From positions 1 to 64,000 of the forward strand of contig NW_003314285.1 of NCBI RefSeq assembly GCF_000143415.4: a stretch of DNA of 64,000 bases, given 5' to 3'. The notes under the pieces were generated by a model. That model searched no databases. It had not been told where the DNA came from and saw only the letters and a list, made by a program, of their open reading frames with translations. The translations under genes were made by a program, and so were the position numbers. Numbering within the stretch: the first letter of the stretch is position 1; the number at the start of each line of letters is the position of its first letter. The stretch is from Selaginella moellendorffii. Lineage: Eukaryota > Plantae > Lycopodiophyta. Positions 1-12,779 of this stretch are shown here, in pieces.

Positions 1-260
1 CAGAGATGCTCATGATCCTGTTTACATGAAGTTCTCAAATGGGTGCTGATAATCGATTCAAAGCACTCTCCAAGAGCTCGAGCACGAAAAAAATACCTGA
101 ATTGCTCATCAGCAGTGGAGCTCATGTTCTTGCTGCCAATGTGAGGGAAAGTTACGACGAATCCCATGGAGGCGAGCTTGCGGCAGAGAAGTATCATCGG
201 GTTTATGTGACCCTGCGTGGGAAATGGAAACGCAAGAACGTGAGGCGGCTGGGAATCCAT
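1..260 (-). CDS. UDP-glycosyltransferase (family 1 UGT), 5' part; gene runs off the window edge
   Basis: Not in the ORF track. Minus strand from ATG at 260 reads MDSQPPHVLAFPFPTQGHINPMILLCRKLASMGFVVTF...DEQFR. GT donor at 96, AG acceptor at 18, then exon 2 reads IMSIS. Near-identical to the N-terminus and intron position of the UGT at 15431; catalytic His (GHINP) present. Confidence 0.9.
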   Translation of the reverse strand, partial: MDSQPPHVLAFPFPTQGHINPMILLCRKLASMGFVVTFPHIGSKNMSSTADEQFRYFFRARALGECFESIISTHLRTSCKQDHEHL

Positions 261-313
261 GGACGCTTCCTCGATCTACCTTACCCAAATACTTTGTTAC
301 AGAAAAAACAATT

Positions 314-368
314 GGTTATTATATAGTCTATAGTGGTTACGACATGAGTTCGAATCTCGGTGGGACCT
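314..368 (+). pseudogene. tRNA-Gln-like remnant lacking the anticodon arm
   Basis: GGTT..TATAGTCTA..GTGGTTACGACAT is joined directly to GAGTTCGAATCTCGGTGGGACCT. These resemble the 5' half (A box) and the T-arm/acceptor 3' end (B box) of plant tRNA-Gln; the anticodon stem-loop is missing. Confidence 0.6.
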
Positions 369-371
369 CGA

Positions 372-1375
372 AATCGTCACTTTCGTTTTAGGATGAAACC
401 GGGGAATCATTCGCGATCCTCACACTCGAGCAGGGCAAGTGTTTGGTTCCAACAATATCCAACCTCCAAAGCTATGCTGCAGCTGAAGTTTCCTTCTGCA
501 AGAACATTACCAAGGGATCCATCTCCCGGCATCTCAGAAACAATGGCGACCTGGTAAACAAGTTCTACGAGCGACTTTATGTGAGATTCATCCCGGGGAA
601 TCCATCTGACCTCCCACCTCATGTTAATCATTCAATGGCATTAGCGGGCATTTGCTTTTACCACCTCGTCAATGGTCCTGAACAACCAAGGCATGCAGAA
701 CGTAGCATGAGTTTCGCGATCAGAGAGTTCCTCCAGGAACAATCTCTTGTGCTCTGCAGGATAAGAACCGGCAAAGATCCTCATGAGCTTGCACCACAAA
801 GGCTTCATTCCTCGCCGTGAATGGACCACACCGATCACCCACGTTCCTCTCCAGAGCCTGAAGAGAAGAACAAAATGCCCATAGAAGGAAGAACTAAATC
901 GAAGGAATGAGCTTGAATCCAGTCTCACCTTGGACAGCCAATGCAACGATATGTTACATAATACAATGTGGAGGCTGGAGCTGGGAAAGAGACGCTCGTA
1001 AAAGGATCCAGAGACAGCGGCAGTGAAGCATTGCAGCGATGGCGATGACTGTTCTAGCTACTGGAACAGCGTGTTGAAGTCATTGGAGCTCAAGTCTGAG
1101 AAGAACGCTTGGATCTCCGGCTCCATTGCTGAGCATGCTCGAATTGCCTCGCCACAAGCCCCACTGCACGGATTGTGTTTGTAGCCAGACACACATCCCA
1201 GATCGGCTATGCGGACCGGGCTCGTTTCGTCATAGCCAAAGTCACTTGCTGCTATCACATTCTTGAGAGCTGGAGCGATGAGCGAGAAACCCACCGCTTG
1301 CTTGGCGGAGTTTCGAGTGTAGCTATTGATTCCCACTCCGCCCAGCATTCTAACTCGCCAGAAGAATGTCCCTAG
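372..1375 (-). pseudogene. SABATH-family carboxyl methyltransferase pseudogene (copy 1)
   Basis: Motifs GGVGINSYTRNSAKQ, IADLGCxSG, FFSDLSSNDFNTLF and GSFYERLFP. Frameshifts, an in-frame TAG after NTLFQ, and an inverted segment at about 398-642. Confidence 0.85.
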
Positions 1376-1529
1376 CTTATAGATCCCGTAAGAGCAAGGT
1401 CGAATGAAGAAGGACTAGTCCACAGTCCTTCGTTCTAATTTCGGCGAAATCTACCAAACTCGCATCTAAGTTGGTAGGAATCTCGAAACCAACAATCAAC
1501 ATAGATATAACTATATCACAGTGATGATG

Positions 1530-1845
1530 CTTTGGCAAAGTTGACGACAAACCATTTAGCTGGACGTTTCCTTTGGCTGCATGGCGCAGCTCCTTGGGCT
1601 CCATGTCCTCCTTGATACGAACTCCGACTTTGCGGGTGTCCACCACCCACGCGGTGTTGAAAAATTGCTCGGCCCAGCAAGGCAAGCACAGCATGGGAAC
1701 TCCAGTGAACACGGACTCAAGTGCCGAGTTCCATCTGCAATGCGAGAGCAAAGCACAAACAGATTCATGCTTCAGCAATGAAAAGCTTTCAAACCATGGA
1801 GAATTATTCATAAGAGATAATCAGCCCCTTCTCATTCTGGCTTGT
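1530..1845 (-). pseudogene. UGT pseudogene, 3' fragment containing the PSPG box
   Basis: Reads LKHESVCALLSHCRWNSALESVFTGVPMLCLPCWAEQFFNTAWVVDT; homologous to 13881-14340 with internal deletions. Confidence 0.85.
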
Positions 1846-2139
1846 CACTGGAGATCGACCCACAAAATGAGAGGTTTTAGAGAATATTCGCAAGTATTCG
1901 TGATATTGTAGGAATATACTTAGAACAAAATCTATTTTAGATACATAGATTTATAAAGCTTTTAAGAATCTGTAGAGAAAGTTGCTTGTACATTAAATCT
2001 GGATAAGTAATTCATTCAAGCAGGTAAGTTTATTGTTGATGGAGATTGAAGAGTATGAACAATAAGTAATCTAAGTATGTATAGGCATTCCATAGTTTCT
2101 CACAATCCAAACACATGAGAGCACTGGCATTCAAAATAA

Positions 2140-2435
2140 GTTGCTACGTGTTGCATGTAATAATGCTTAGTTTGTTTAATAGTAGTGTTATTCTTACTTA
2201 TTAATTCAATTTATTAAATAAAATTTATAATTGTAAGCATGTTTGTAATTTATAAACACAAGATGATAGAATAAAAAATAATATACTAGAAGGGGCTTAA
2301 GAAATTTTATATATTTAAACATGTTTATAAATTATAAATTATAAATACAAGATTAATCTAAATGAATAATAACTGTTAGATGATAGAATATCTTAAATAT
2401 CCAAGCATACTCTAAGTATATCCACTACCCTACAG
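2140..2435. repeat. Dispersed AT-rich repeat (probable non-autonomous TE fragment)
   Basis: Aligns by eye with 29637-29915 and partly with 28920-29068 (TTGCTAC.TGTTGCAT...CAAGATTAATCTAAAT...CAAGCATA.TCTA..TATATCCAC). Confidence 0.75.
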
Positions 2436-3779
2436 GTTTGCTCAAGCAAACCAAAACCAAAAGCTTTAATAATCTAAAAACAAAAAATACATTAGGAGAA
2501 TTGTTTAATACTCTTGGAAAATAGAAAACCATTTGGTGAAATGTGTATATACATTCCCCAATGTCCCTAGGGATTAATAAAAAAATTGGGTATGCTACCC
2601 TCCTTGTAAAATTACACTAGTGATATATCCTCGTGCTAGGGATATGGATCTGCACACAGTGTGGTGTCAACAATCACAACCTCTCCTTCTTGGCAGAAAT
2701 CACACCTTATTTGCTAACTTGAGGATCCCATCCAAGGTCATTAGATCCCTCTGCAAGCGAGCCATGCTCTACCACTCCACAAGCCACCTTTGGTAGAAAA
2801 CTAGTTAGCAATATTCCCCAACTTTATCTAAAACCATCTTTAGGCCTCAATGGTCCTCATGCTGCACTGGCAAGGCTAATGACAGTTCTCTTCACTCCTT
2901 GTGGTGGGTACAGACCACCACATAGGGATTTGCTGCCACAAGCAAATCCCTATAGCATCATGTTTTTTTTTCTTAATTTTTTGTTTGATTAGGTATTCCT
3001 AGAATAATTTCTTAGAATTTCATAAAATTTCTCTAACTAACACCATTAGCCCCCACAAAACAACTGCCTCAATTAAGTAAGCTAAGGATTTGTTTGATGC
3101 ATATCTAAATGGGACTTAACCTGCTAATATGCCAGTTTACCTTTTATGTAATGCCCAAGAAGGATCTAATAAAATGTAATGCTAGATGGTTCTCAAAGAA
3201 TGGTTATTATGAATCATTTCAACTAATTCTAGCTTGAGGTAGTGATCCCAAATGAGATCTCCTTCCTTTGGGACTATGGCTGATGACATCCTTAAGTATT
3301 TGATACCATTCTTCAAAGTAGAGAAACTGATATGAAATATGTAATTCTTGCTGGGTATAGTGATTTCAAATTGCTCAATGTTTCAAAGCTAAGATATGGA
3401 AGAGTAGCCATTGAGAATCTTATACACAGTAGGTAGCCTATTATGTTTCAAACCTTTATGATTCTCTATTCTTATAGTGAGAAATCTTTGTTAAACATAG
3501 TTGTGATTTAATGGTGGATTGGATGCTTGATTTTGTTTTATTAATAAAGGGCTATAAAGAAAACCAAGCATTATTTCTAAGCATAACATATTATTATTTT
3601 CTAAACTTGTAGTGAAAATTATATATTTATATTATTTATATAATATTAGTAAATAAATACAAATGTTAGGATACCCTGCCAGAAAATGGAAGTGTATACA
3701 CTCTCTAAACATTACAATTAAACCCCTAAATTACATTTTTGTGTCTCTCAATTTATATAGCCTTGGTATCTAAAGTTAA

Positions 3780-4130
3780 TATAGCTCAACTTTATATAGC
3801 TTTATATGTCATGAGCTTATATGGTTGCAAAGCTTCGAAAGGAAATATAAGCTGGATGTTTGTTTGTCCAGCCACTCCAAACAGCCCATATCCTTTATCT
3901 ATAAAGATATGTTCAATTTGTGTTTCATCTTGTAGTGCAAAGGCCCAATCACGATACAATTTGGATTCACGTATTGGACAGCATCCAAGGCCATATTTTT
4001 GGAAGGAATTCACAAATACCCAAAAGTCACATGTCATCCTTTCAAAGTGTTGCCTGTGTCCTCATACTGTAGTGTGACTTGTGGGAAAAGAAGAAAGCCT
4101 GGACATAAAAACTATTATATTTATCATATG
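3780..4130 (-). pseudogene. UGT pseudogene, middle fragment (continuation of 1530-1845 across a ~1.9 kb insertion)
   Basis: Contains WVFVNSFQ and nucleotide similarity to 14440-14830 (CCAGCCACTCCAAACAG; ATACAATTTGGATTCACGT); frameshifted and AT-shifted. Confidence 0.8.
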
Positions 4131-4396
4131 ATTTTATTTTAAAACACTATCATAAACATAAGCTTGGCTTTTGATATTCAAGGTATTTAATTATATGTCA
4201 ATTTCTTACTATATATTACACTGCTGATTTGTGTATAATTTGATAAGTGGTACAGGATATAGAATATGCTTAAATATTCTATCATCCTATCTTTATAAAT
4301 GATAAAAAATTAGCTTAAATTTTTGGAATCATTAACTTCTTTTTATTTTATTTTTTCAGAAGTGTATTCATTTTAAACCTTCTATAATTTTAAACC

Positions 4397-4399
<3 letters not shown>

Positions 4400-4476
<77 letters not shown>
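4400..4476. repeat. (AG)n microsatellite, about 38 units
   Basis: Perfect AG run. Confidence 0.98.
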
Positions 4477-4480
<4 letters not shown>

Positions 4481-5599
4481 TATTGTCAAAGGTATCAAAA
4501 ACTTTTATACCATCATTTCAATCTAGTGTCTACTTCCTTGAGTAGCATAAAGCTCAACTACTAGCCTGCAAAAAAGAAAAAAGAAGGATAGTTAAGTTAT
4601 GCCAAAATTGAATAAGTCATTAAAACTTCTTTAAGATCTATAAATGCCTATTTGCAATCTTTAAACTAGATGAAAGATAATATTGATGATTTCAATAATG
4701 CTCACAATAATGTAATACAATAAAAAAAATGATTAACAAAATGACTAATATGTTACACTTTGCCAAGGAAGTATTGCATATCTTTTACACACTTTAGATT
4801 AAAACAACCCCAAAGCTATTAAAATCAATTTGCAAGCTAACTTTTCATAGTCAATTTAACACTTTATGGACATTATGGATATGCTCCTTTCATGTCCCCT
4901 CTGAATGGATCAAAATATCATTAATAAAGTTAGTAATCACTTTTGGTATATCACAAATCATGATCTACTAGAAAGCCACTAAAGCAATGTTCAAACTGAT
5001 TGATATCACCAAGAATTTATATAATGGCTATGGCTATATAATTAGTAGTATTTGTTACTATATTTTACTTTTTAGTTTGACTTAGAAAAAATATAGGGCG
5101 ATATTCAAGTATACTATAGAATATACCTCAATTTAATGATAATTTTACTTCTCTATTCTTCTTATTATCACTAATATTAAACACTATGTAAGTGGAGATA
5201 GCAAAAGAAATTTACACATATAATAACAATCCCAATGAGCCTTAAGATTGTGAAGAAATCAAGCTCTAATCCATTACACCTAAACCTCCAAAACCAAAGA
5301 CTCATTTGTGTTGATAGAAAGGAAATACAAACTATAAGTTTTGGCTGGATAAGAGTGCAAAAACCTTTAGTGGTGGTGTGGTGGTTGTTGCTATGGATCA
5401 TGCTTTTCTCACCAAGCCAGCCACTCCATTCTCACTTGAACTAGAATTTTTTTACCTCAATTCAAGTTATAAAATTTTAATCTAGTGAAAGGAAACAAAT
5501 GGAGAAGTGAACAAGGTGTAGGGTTGGTGTAAAGTGTCTTGCTTGGAAGATTGTCAATGATAGGCATTTACAATATTGAGTATAAATTAGGAAAGTAAG

Positions 5600-7080
5600 T
5601 CATTTAAAAAGATATCTATACTTGACTTTTTATTATGCATATGGATGCTTTCAATATTGGTATTAGAGGTGTGTTGATGCAAAAAAGAACAAATGTGTAT
5701 AGTCAATATCATCTCATTACATATATCAATCATATATGACAACTAGCAAAGGTGAAATACTCTACAATAGAGAAGTGTTTAGCTATGTGGCTCTCATATT
5801 TTGCAAAAGGGTGATCATATTACAATTACTTCATTATTAAAGTGGAAAAATTTAGTTGGTTGTATTGTTTGATGGGCTTTAAAATTTTAGATATATAACT
5901 TTGAGGTTGTTTATCACTTAAAAAGTTTTATAGTTAATGTTAATACCCTTTCTTAAGCTCCTTTTTCTTCTTTACTCTCTTATTATATCCTTGACAAGTT
6001 TGTTATTTCAGCATTAATAAATTTTTTGGACAAAGATTCCATATCATTGGCAGTTATACTTGATGTGAAATATCCATAAGGCGCAAAATTAAATTTATCT
6101 TCTCATATTAAGTTTTGTGAGGCTAAAAATTTGAGCCATAGATTCAAAAACTTTGTGATAAGTTTGAGAATTTTACATCACTTATTAATGATTTGCCCTC
6201 CTATCATTTATATTTTTAATATTACCTTGAGGATTACCTTTTTTACTTTGTGAGAATTGATTTTAATAACCATTTACAACTGGTGGTGCCTTTGACATTT
6301 ATTCTATGCTTTCTCCATATTTACCATGACTCTCCTTTTCTAGGTAGGTATATGAGACATTGTTATATGACAGAGAAGCTCTATAAGTCCAGAAATATGA
6401 CATGATATCATTTAGTACGTGCATAGTTGTGTATGATGCAAAAACATATAATACATTGCCCTTGTATTATAAAAGGATAGTTAGAGTTAATTGCAAATTC
6501 CTATTTATTTATATTAGTAGTATTTAAAGTGAAATAGCTTTTTCCATGCTTGGCTACTGGTAAGAGGACATTATTATTGCTTTCAATTACTTAACTTGTT
6601 AAGTGGAAATAAATGCTCTTGCTAGTGTATTTGCAACTGTTATTAAATATTTTCTTCTCAATTAAGTGGTATTCTAATATTCTTGTCTAGAATGGATTCA
6701 CTTAGACAATAGTCCTATATTTATGGTTGAGGTATTTCATATTTTGATATCTCAATTAGGAATATGCCACATTTTCACAAGTGTTTATCATCCATATGTA
6801 GATGGTTTGGTTGAACGGCTCATTTTATCTTTTATGGGGATGATCACAAAGTATATATTCAACATTTAGATTATAATGATTATTTACCAACTTTTTAGTA
6901 TGCATATGTTATAGGGTGTAGAATTTTATTAATGCTTCACGATATAAATTCATGATCTTATATTGTCAATGGAGTTGAGTTTATTTTTGTGATTGCTATG
7001 AGTTGTTGATACTAGGTCAATAGCCCATTAACAAGAGAACCTTAATTACATTCCATCCTCTCGAGTGGAGGGGATGATAT
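5600..7080 (+). mobile_element. Degenerate Ty3/gypsy pol remnant (RNase H + integrase) ending at a polypurine tract
   Basis: DAFNIGIRGVLMQK (RNase H DAS-like) at ~5640. YHDSPF...YVHSCV*C zinc-finger remnant at ~6320-6440. HLDNSPIFMVEVF...TSVYHPYVDGLVERL integrase core at ~6700-6820. GAGTGGAGGGGA followed by TG at ~7063-7076. Many stops. Confidence 0.75.
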
Positions 7081-8849
7081 GAGTTATATGCTATTATTAG
7101 TATAATGGGACTTTAATAGTCGTTAGATTGGTTTTAATCTAAACCACTTATATAAATTAGGGTTTTAGACTAATTTAATATATCATACACTCACATTAAT
7201 AAAAATTAAGGAATATTCTTATTAGGATCTCTAGCTAATAGTTTTGGGATATTTGGGGTTAAACTTCATTAGATTTGAATAATACTAGACTATATCACCT
7301 TTTGAGTGTAAATTCTTGAATTTTGTTGCTTATAATTCACCACGCTTCCCTGTAAATTCACGCCCTCGTGAATAGAAGCTGAAAGCCATAGCTCTTTTAA
7401 AATCCTCGCTCTCTTGACACCCTATCACTTAAGTCGAGCCTAACTGGAAGCAAATTAAACTTACCAAATGTCAATCTGAATATGTGATATGATTCCCTTA
7501 GCCAACTAATAGAGTCAAACCCAAAACCACTCTGATAAGGACACTTAACCAAGACACTTAACCAATTTGAAAATAGGGTGCAGTCTAGATCTTTTTTCTT
7601 TATATCTGAACCCTTGGCTTTGGTTGCTTATATTGGGAAGTCTAAATTTAAGAGCCTACACTAGTACTTAGAAGTAAGACCTAACTTGGTGAACCAACAA
7701 CTTTTTTTTAAATAATCTAGAATCGATAGTATGAGAAAGAGAGTATATATATGGGATAAAAAAAAACTCCTATTAAGCTTTATTACAAAGACAAATTTCA
7801 TATGCTTAAGGTTAGATAACACCTTTCTTTAATATCTTATTAATATTTACATATAAGATTTTGATCTCCTTTGACAACCAATGATAAACATCCCTAGTTG
7901 GAATAAATGATACATTGTAATCTTTGCATTAGAAAATATATATATTAAAAAGTAATAGAAAGATAAAAGTGATAGAAGTAAAGATAGAAACAAAGGGATG
8001 AGGTGGAATAAAATTGAAAAAAAAATATTAAAATGAGAAATATGAGACAAAGGGGAGAAGCTTCAAAATTATACTTAGTATGATTGTATTGCAATCAATC
8101 AAGCTTGACTCAACATGATTGAAGATTAAGATTGACACTACCTATATACATAGATAAATCCACCTTATCCCTATGTATGACTATTGCTATAGAGAATAGA
8201 GACTAGCTTTACCGCACAACACAAATATAAATGGCAATATATTGAACAATATAAGATAAATTAACCAACATAAAAAGGATAATATATAACCTTTTTATTA
8301 TAAAACGAGCTTGGAAAATAAAAATTTGATGGACTAATGCCAACTAAACCCTTTGATAGTACTTACGAAGGAAGGACAAAGGAGAAGGGGATGCTAATTT
8401 ATTCATGCAAAGATCTTTTGTAAATAACTAAAGAGAACAATTTGAAAGATAACTTATAAGAGTTTAAATATAAAAGGTAAAGGCTTATAAATAAGTTATC
8501 GGTTAAAAGTTTTGAAATATCGGTTAAAAGTTTTGAGATACTTTGGGGTTAAGTGTCCTTAGGTTTGAATAGTATTGGGCTAAATAACCTCTTAGAAAGT
8601 CCAATTTTAAGAACTTACATTTGGTATTGAAATGGTTGAAGGTGTGAACTTGTAAGATGGTGGATTGTAAACAACCAAAAGAATAACTCAAAAGACAATT
8701 TATAAGGGTTCAAATATAGAGGAAAAGGGTTTATGAATAACATTTTTTAATTAATTAAAAGGGTTTTAAGCATACTTGAGTTTAAATAATACTAAGTTGG
8801 ATGATCTCCTAGGAAGTCCTAATTTCAGGAGCTTACACCCTCTACTACT

Positions 8850-10000
8850 ACTTGTTTGACTCCTTATTTCTTGGATAAATCTCTATATAAACATTAGCCC
8901 AAGTTTTATACTATGCCAACTGATAGAGTACCTATATCCTTATTAGGCCATTAGTATACTAAAATAATGTTAAACTTTATTTGGCTCTATATATATGTGG
9001 CCAACCTCATTGAAGTCCACCCCACTCAAAAACTCATTTATAATATCTACATGCCCAATAGTGAATATTATAGCCATAACCATATCCTTGTCCTTGCCTA
9101 CCTCCAAATATTAAGACTTTACATGGAGTAGTAAAACATCATTTTCTAAGATATACCAAGAACAACTTGAAGTACATATAGCTATAAGTGGGAAATATGA
9201 TATCTTATAGTAAGTATTGTGTTAACTGAAGAGTATAGATATTCAAAGGTGGCTATGGCAACTACATACACAAAACCCATAAAAATCTTGTAAAAGTGTT
9301 GGATACAACATATCTAACTTGATTACTCAGTTTTTCACAAAGCAAAAAGTTCTAAAAATGAACATCATATTGTATAATTGACTTAGATAACCTTTGATAG
9401 AGAGATGATGCAATTGTTAAAAGGTATTATCACAATTGTTAACTGTAGCGCACCTTATCTCTCTCCCCTTAAGCCAATTGGAAAAGAGGCAATTGCTTGA
9501 CACCTTCATTTCTGCACTGAATCTACTAATCCTTCCATTATGTAAACCAGCTATTCCATGTGATGTCTAATACGTACGATTTTCAAATTTAGGGGTAGGA
9601 ATATACCTTGCTTAAGGGTATATTATATTTTAGGTAGCCACTAATCAATGGGAATTGAATACGTGCCATTTGCTCTGATATTAACTGTAGCGCATTTTAT
9701 TTCTCTCCTTTTAAACCAACTGGAAAAGGGGCAATTGCTTGATGAGAGAGCCCTTAGTGGCTATTTTATCCCTATTTATCCCCTAAGGTTCCAAGGATCC
9801 ACAGTGACAGTATATCCAAATCTCATCCCATGATCACATGCACTACACTTGTTAACATATCTAAATAAATGCTTGATAACATTTAGGCGAAAGCTCCAAT
9901 CCATACAAGTGGCTACACTCAAGCTATTGTAATATTGCAATATTATCCCTTGGGAAACTGTGGGAAACTCATAAACACCAAATATCATCTCAAGAATAAT
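8850..10000 (-). mobile_element. Second degenerate retroelement remnant (integrase zinc-finger-like)
   Basis: LFRYVNKCSAC in ORF 9776-9988 resembles the integrase CxxC; ~60-bp direct repeat at 9439-9500 and 9681-9742; heavily decayed. Confidence 0.4.
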
Positions 10001-12779
10001 AAATGATAATTACTATAAAGTGATTGAATCAATAGTACATAATATTTCTAGGATTTTTAGGGAAGAAATCTAATTAAATGCTAGGATTGGTAATAAGAGC
10101 AACAAAAGTTGCCACTATCAATTGAGTTTGATTATTCAATTAAAACTATATAACATCAAATAATTACACCAATTGCTACTCTAGAGTCAAAAAAGAAGGA
10201 GGCTAGTACAAAAGAAGAGTATACTACTCTACCATCAAGATAAAAAAATATAAATAGAGAAATAAAAGAAAAGAAATAGAAGACTTATAAGGACAAAAGA
10301 GATTTAGATAATGCAAAAGCTACATCTAAACCAAAAGCACTAAGCTAAACACTCATCAAAAATAATTAAATTTGCCCTTAAACTCCACCAATATGAGTGT
10401 ATAGAATATAAAAATATGCATATTTGATTAGCCCCAAAACCCTCACTTTTATACAAGAGTGAGTGATATGGATTGAAACTTATATGATAGCTATCAAAAT
10501 CCCACTATACTATAATATATATGGCATTATAGCTATATATTTAAACCTTATAATTATGGAATAGATGAAATGCCATGTATAATGGATCACATTTTAATTC
10601 AAGGCATTTGTCCTTTATCAACTCTTATAGATAATATTTATAAGTTGAGAGTTCCCAATTAATATGTCATGGGTATGTGGTATTACATAAGAACCCAAAT
10701 TGGCCATACCAAAAGGTTGTTCCTTAATGTATTGAAATCTTGAAAAACATGGTAAAATAAGAATTGTTTTTTATCCCACTAAAGAATTTCTCCTAATGGG
10801 TATAGAAAACTGAAAAAGAAGAATAAGTCTTGGTTCCACGAGACAAGGTCTTGAACTGGCAATAATTTCTCCTATTGGGGAGGATTTTTCTTTTGATAGA
10901 ACTTTTCTTAGGAAGATTTTCTTATGATAGGGCTTTGTTGAGAATATTTGCCTTATGACAATTTTATCTAGCACCCATTGGGACTCTCAAAGTAGTAATT
11001 TTCCTAATGGATTATAATTATTTTGCTAATTGAAAAATGTTGATGATAAAAGTGGTGATTTTTCTGAAAAAAAAATTTCAAAGTTTTTTTCTGATGAGAA
11101 GGCAATTCTTGATAGACAAAATGTCCTTTGGAAAAAATTGTTAAAGTTTTTTACCAACAGAAAGGATGTCTATTAGAAGAGCTTCCCAACACCATATTTT
11201 TCCCAATAAGGAGATTATTCAAGGTAAGTGGAAGTTGTAAAAAATTTAAAATAAAACCATCTACATTTATATAAGTTATAATTAAATTGTGGTTATGGGA
11301 TCAAAACAATTTTTCATAAGGATGGGCTATAAGCTTTAAAGATGCATTTAAAATATCTACTCATGTTCACCAGATGTGAATGCACAGATTAAAGTGTGTT
11401 TTGATTAACACTATAACTTATTTAGGTTGATGAAGGTGTTACAACCTCCAAAGCATCCTACCTCAAAATTTTCATTTGGAGCATGATACTTATTTCATTT
11501 AACAGTGAGATCCAAGTGTATAGCAAAACTACATAGGACTAGTAGGAATAAAGCATCTTCAAGTAGCATAGAGGAATCTCATGCTTGAGAGTATAAAAGG
11601 CAAGAGTTCAAAGTCTAAAGGCAGTTAGACCTCACCCCTTGGACAATTGCAAGCATTGGCTCTTAGATTTCATAAAGAAGGTTTCCTTCCAGAGAGAAGT
11701 GAAGAATCTTTGTGTGGCTCATAATTGGCTATAGCTACATAATGTTCCTGAGATTGTTTGAGTCTATGCAATGTTTTTAGAGTCCTTCCATCCTATAGTT
11801 GAGTTGGAGAGGAATCTTAGTAAATCTTGCAATCGGTCATGGAAACACAGTGTTTCTGTACTTAGCATCTTTGATGGCTATGGAAGCGGCATCCAAAGTG
11901 CTTGTGCCTCCTAGGGTCGGGCAAAAAGTCAAAGCTAGGACTCATCCACGTGGCAGCAGCGGAAATGTCATCGACTTCCTACCTCTAGCTGCCCTCTCCA
12001 ATATGGCCCGATCTCCAGCTTGGAATGATGCAGCCCAGCTCCTAGTGCTGTGGGCATGCCTCCCACTGCAGCAGATGCCGATTCTTGGCCTCCCAAGCAG
12101 CATTAACTCCTCAAAACACTCTTCTTGTGCACACTAACTCATTTCTTTCTCTCCCTAGGTGGTGCTTGACACCACAGGGATCATCACACGATCTGGACGT
12201 CTGTTTTAAAAGGAAAAAAAAATGGAGATCTGAATCCTCTAGAAAAAAATGACATACCTCACAAACATTCTACACAACAAAAGCCCAATGTCAAAACCCC
12301 AAGGCATTAGATCCCAATGCTGCCACTGCCACTTGTAACAGACTCTTTCGCCTAGACGATAGTTGAAATCCTGTAGGGGATCAAGACCAACAGGAGATTG
12401 CAGTTGGGAATTTTTGTATCTGTCCGGTATTCACACATAATGTAATGTAATACTAACCCTTTTACACTAGTATATTATGAGATGCTCGTGGCCGTGCTGA
12501 GCGATGTGCGCCATAGGGACCAGGCCGTCTGACAATGAAGAGGTGTTCAAGCTTACAGTGCCCGAGCCAAGAAGGTTTTTAAGTTTTAATGGAGTTAAAG
12601 TGGGCTTCTTCGGTGAGTCAACTTGATGAATTTCTCTCCCTTCTTCGTGGGGATCCCTAGCCACCACACAATTGAAGAACAAGCACTCTAGAAAACCAAA
12701 GAAAGAACATTATAATTCTAAGGTGGGGTGGGAACGTTATTTACGTTCATCATATATTCCATTAGTTTGTGCTTGAAGC

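Noticed and set aside
39-326. Plus-strand 95-aa ORF with an ankyrin-like look (LLISSGAHV)
   Set aside because: It is the antisense shadow of UGT exon 1 on the minus strand.
443-820. Plus-strand 125-aa ORF as a separate gene
   Set aside because: It is the inverted piece of the SABATH pseudogene fused to antisense sequence.
11780-12700. GC-richer patches with short ORFs at the edge of the TE block
   Set aside because: No recognisable motif in any frame and multiple stops; cannot be assigned.
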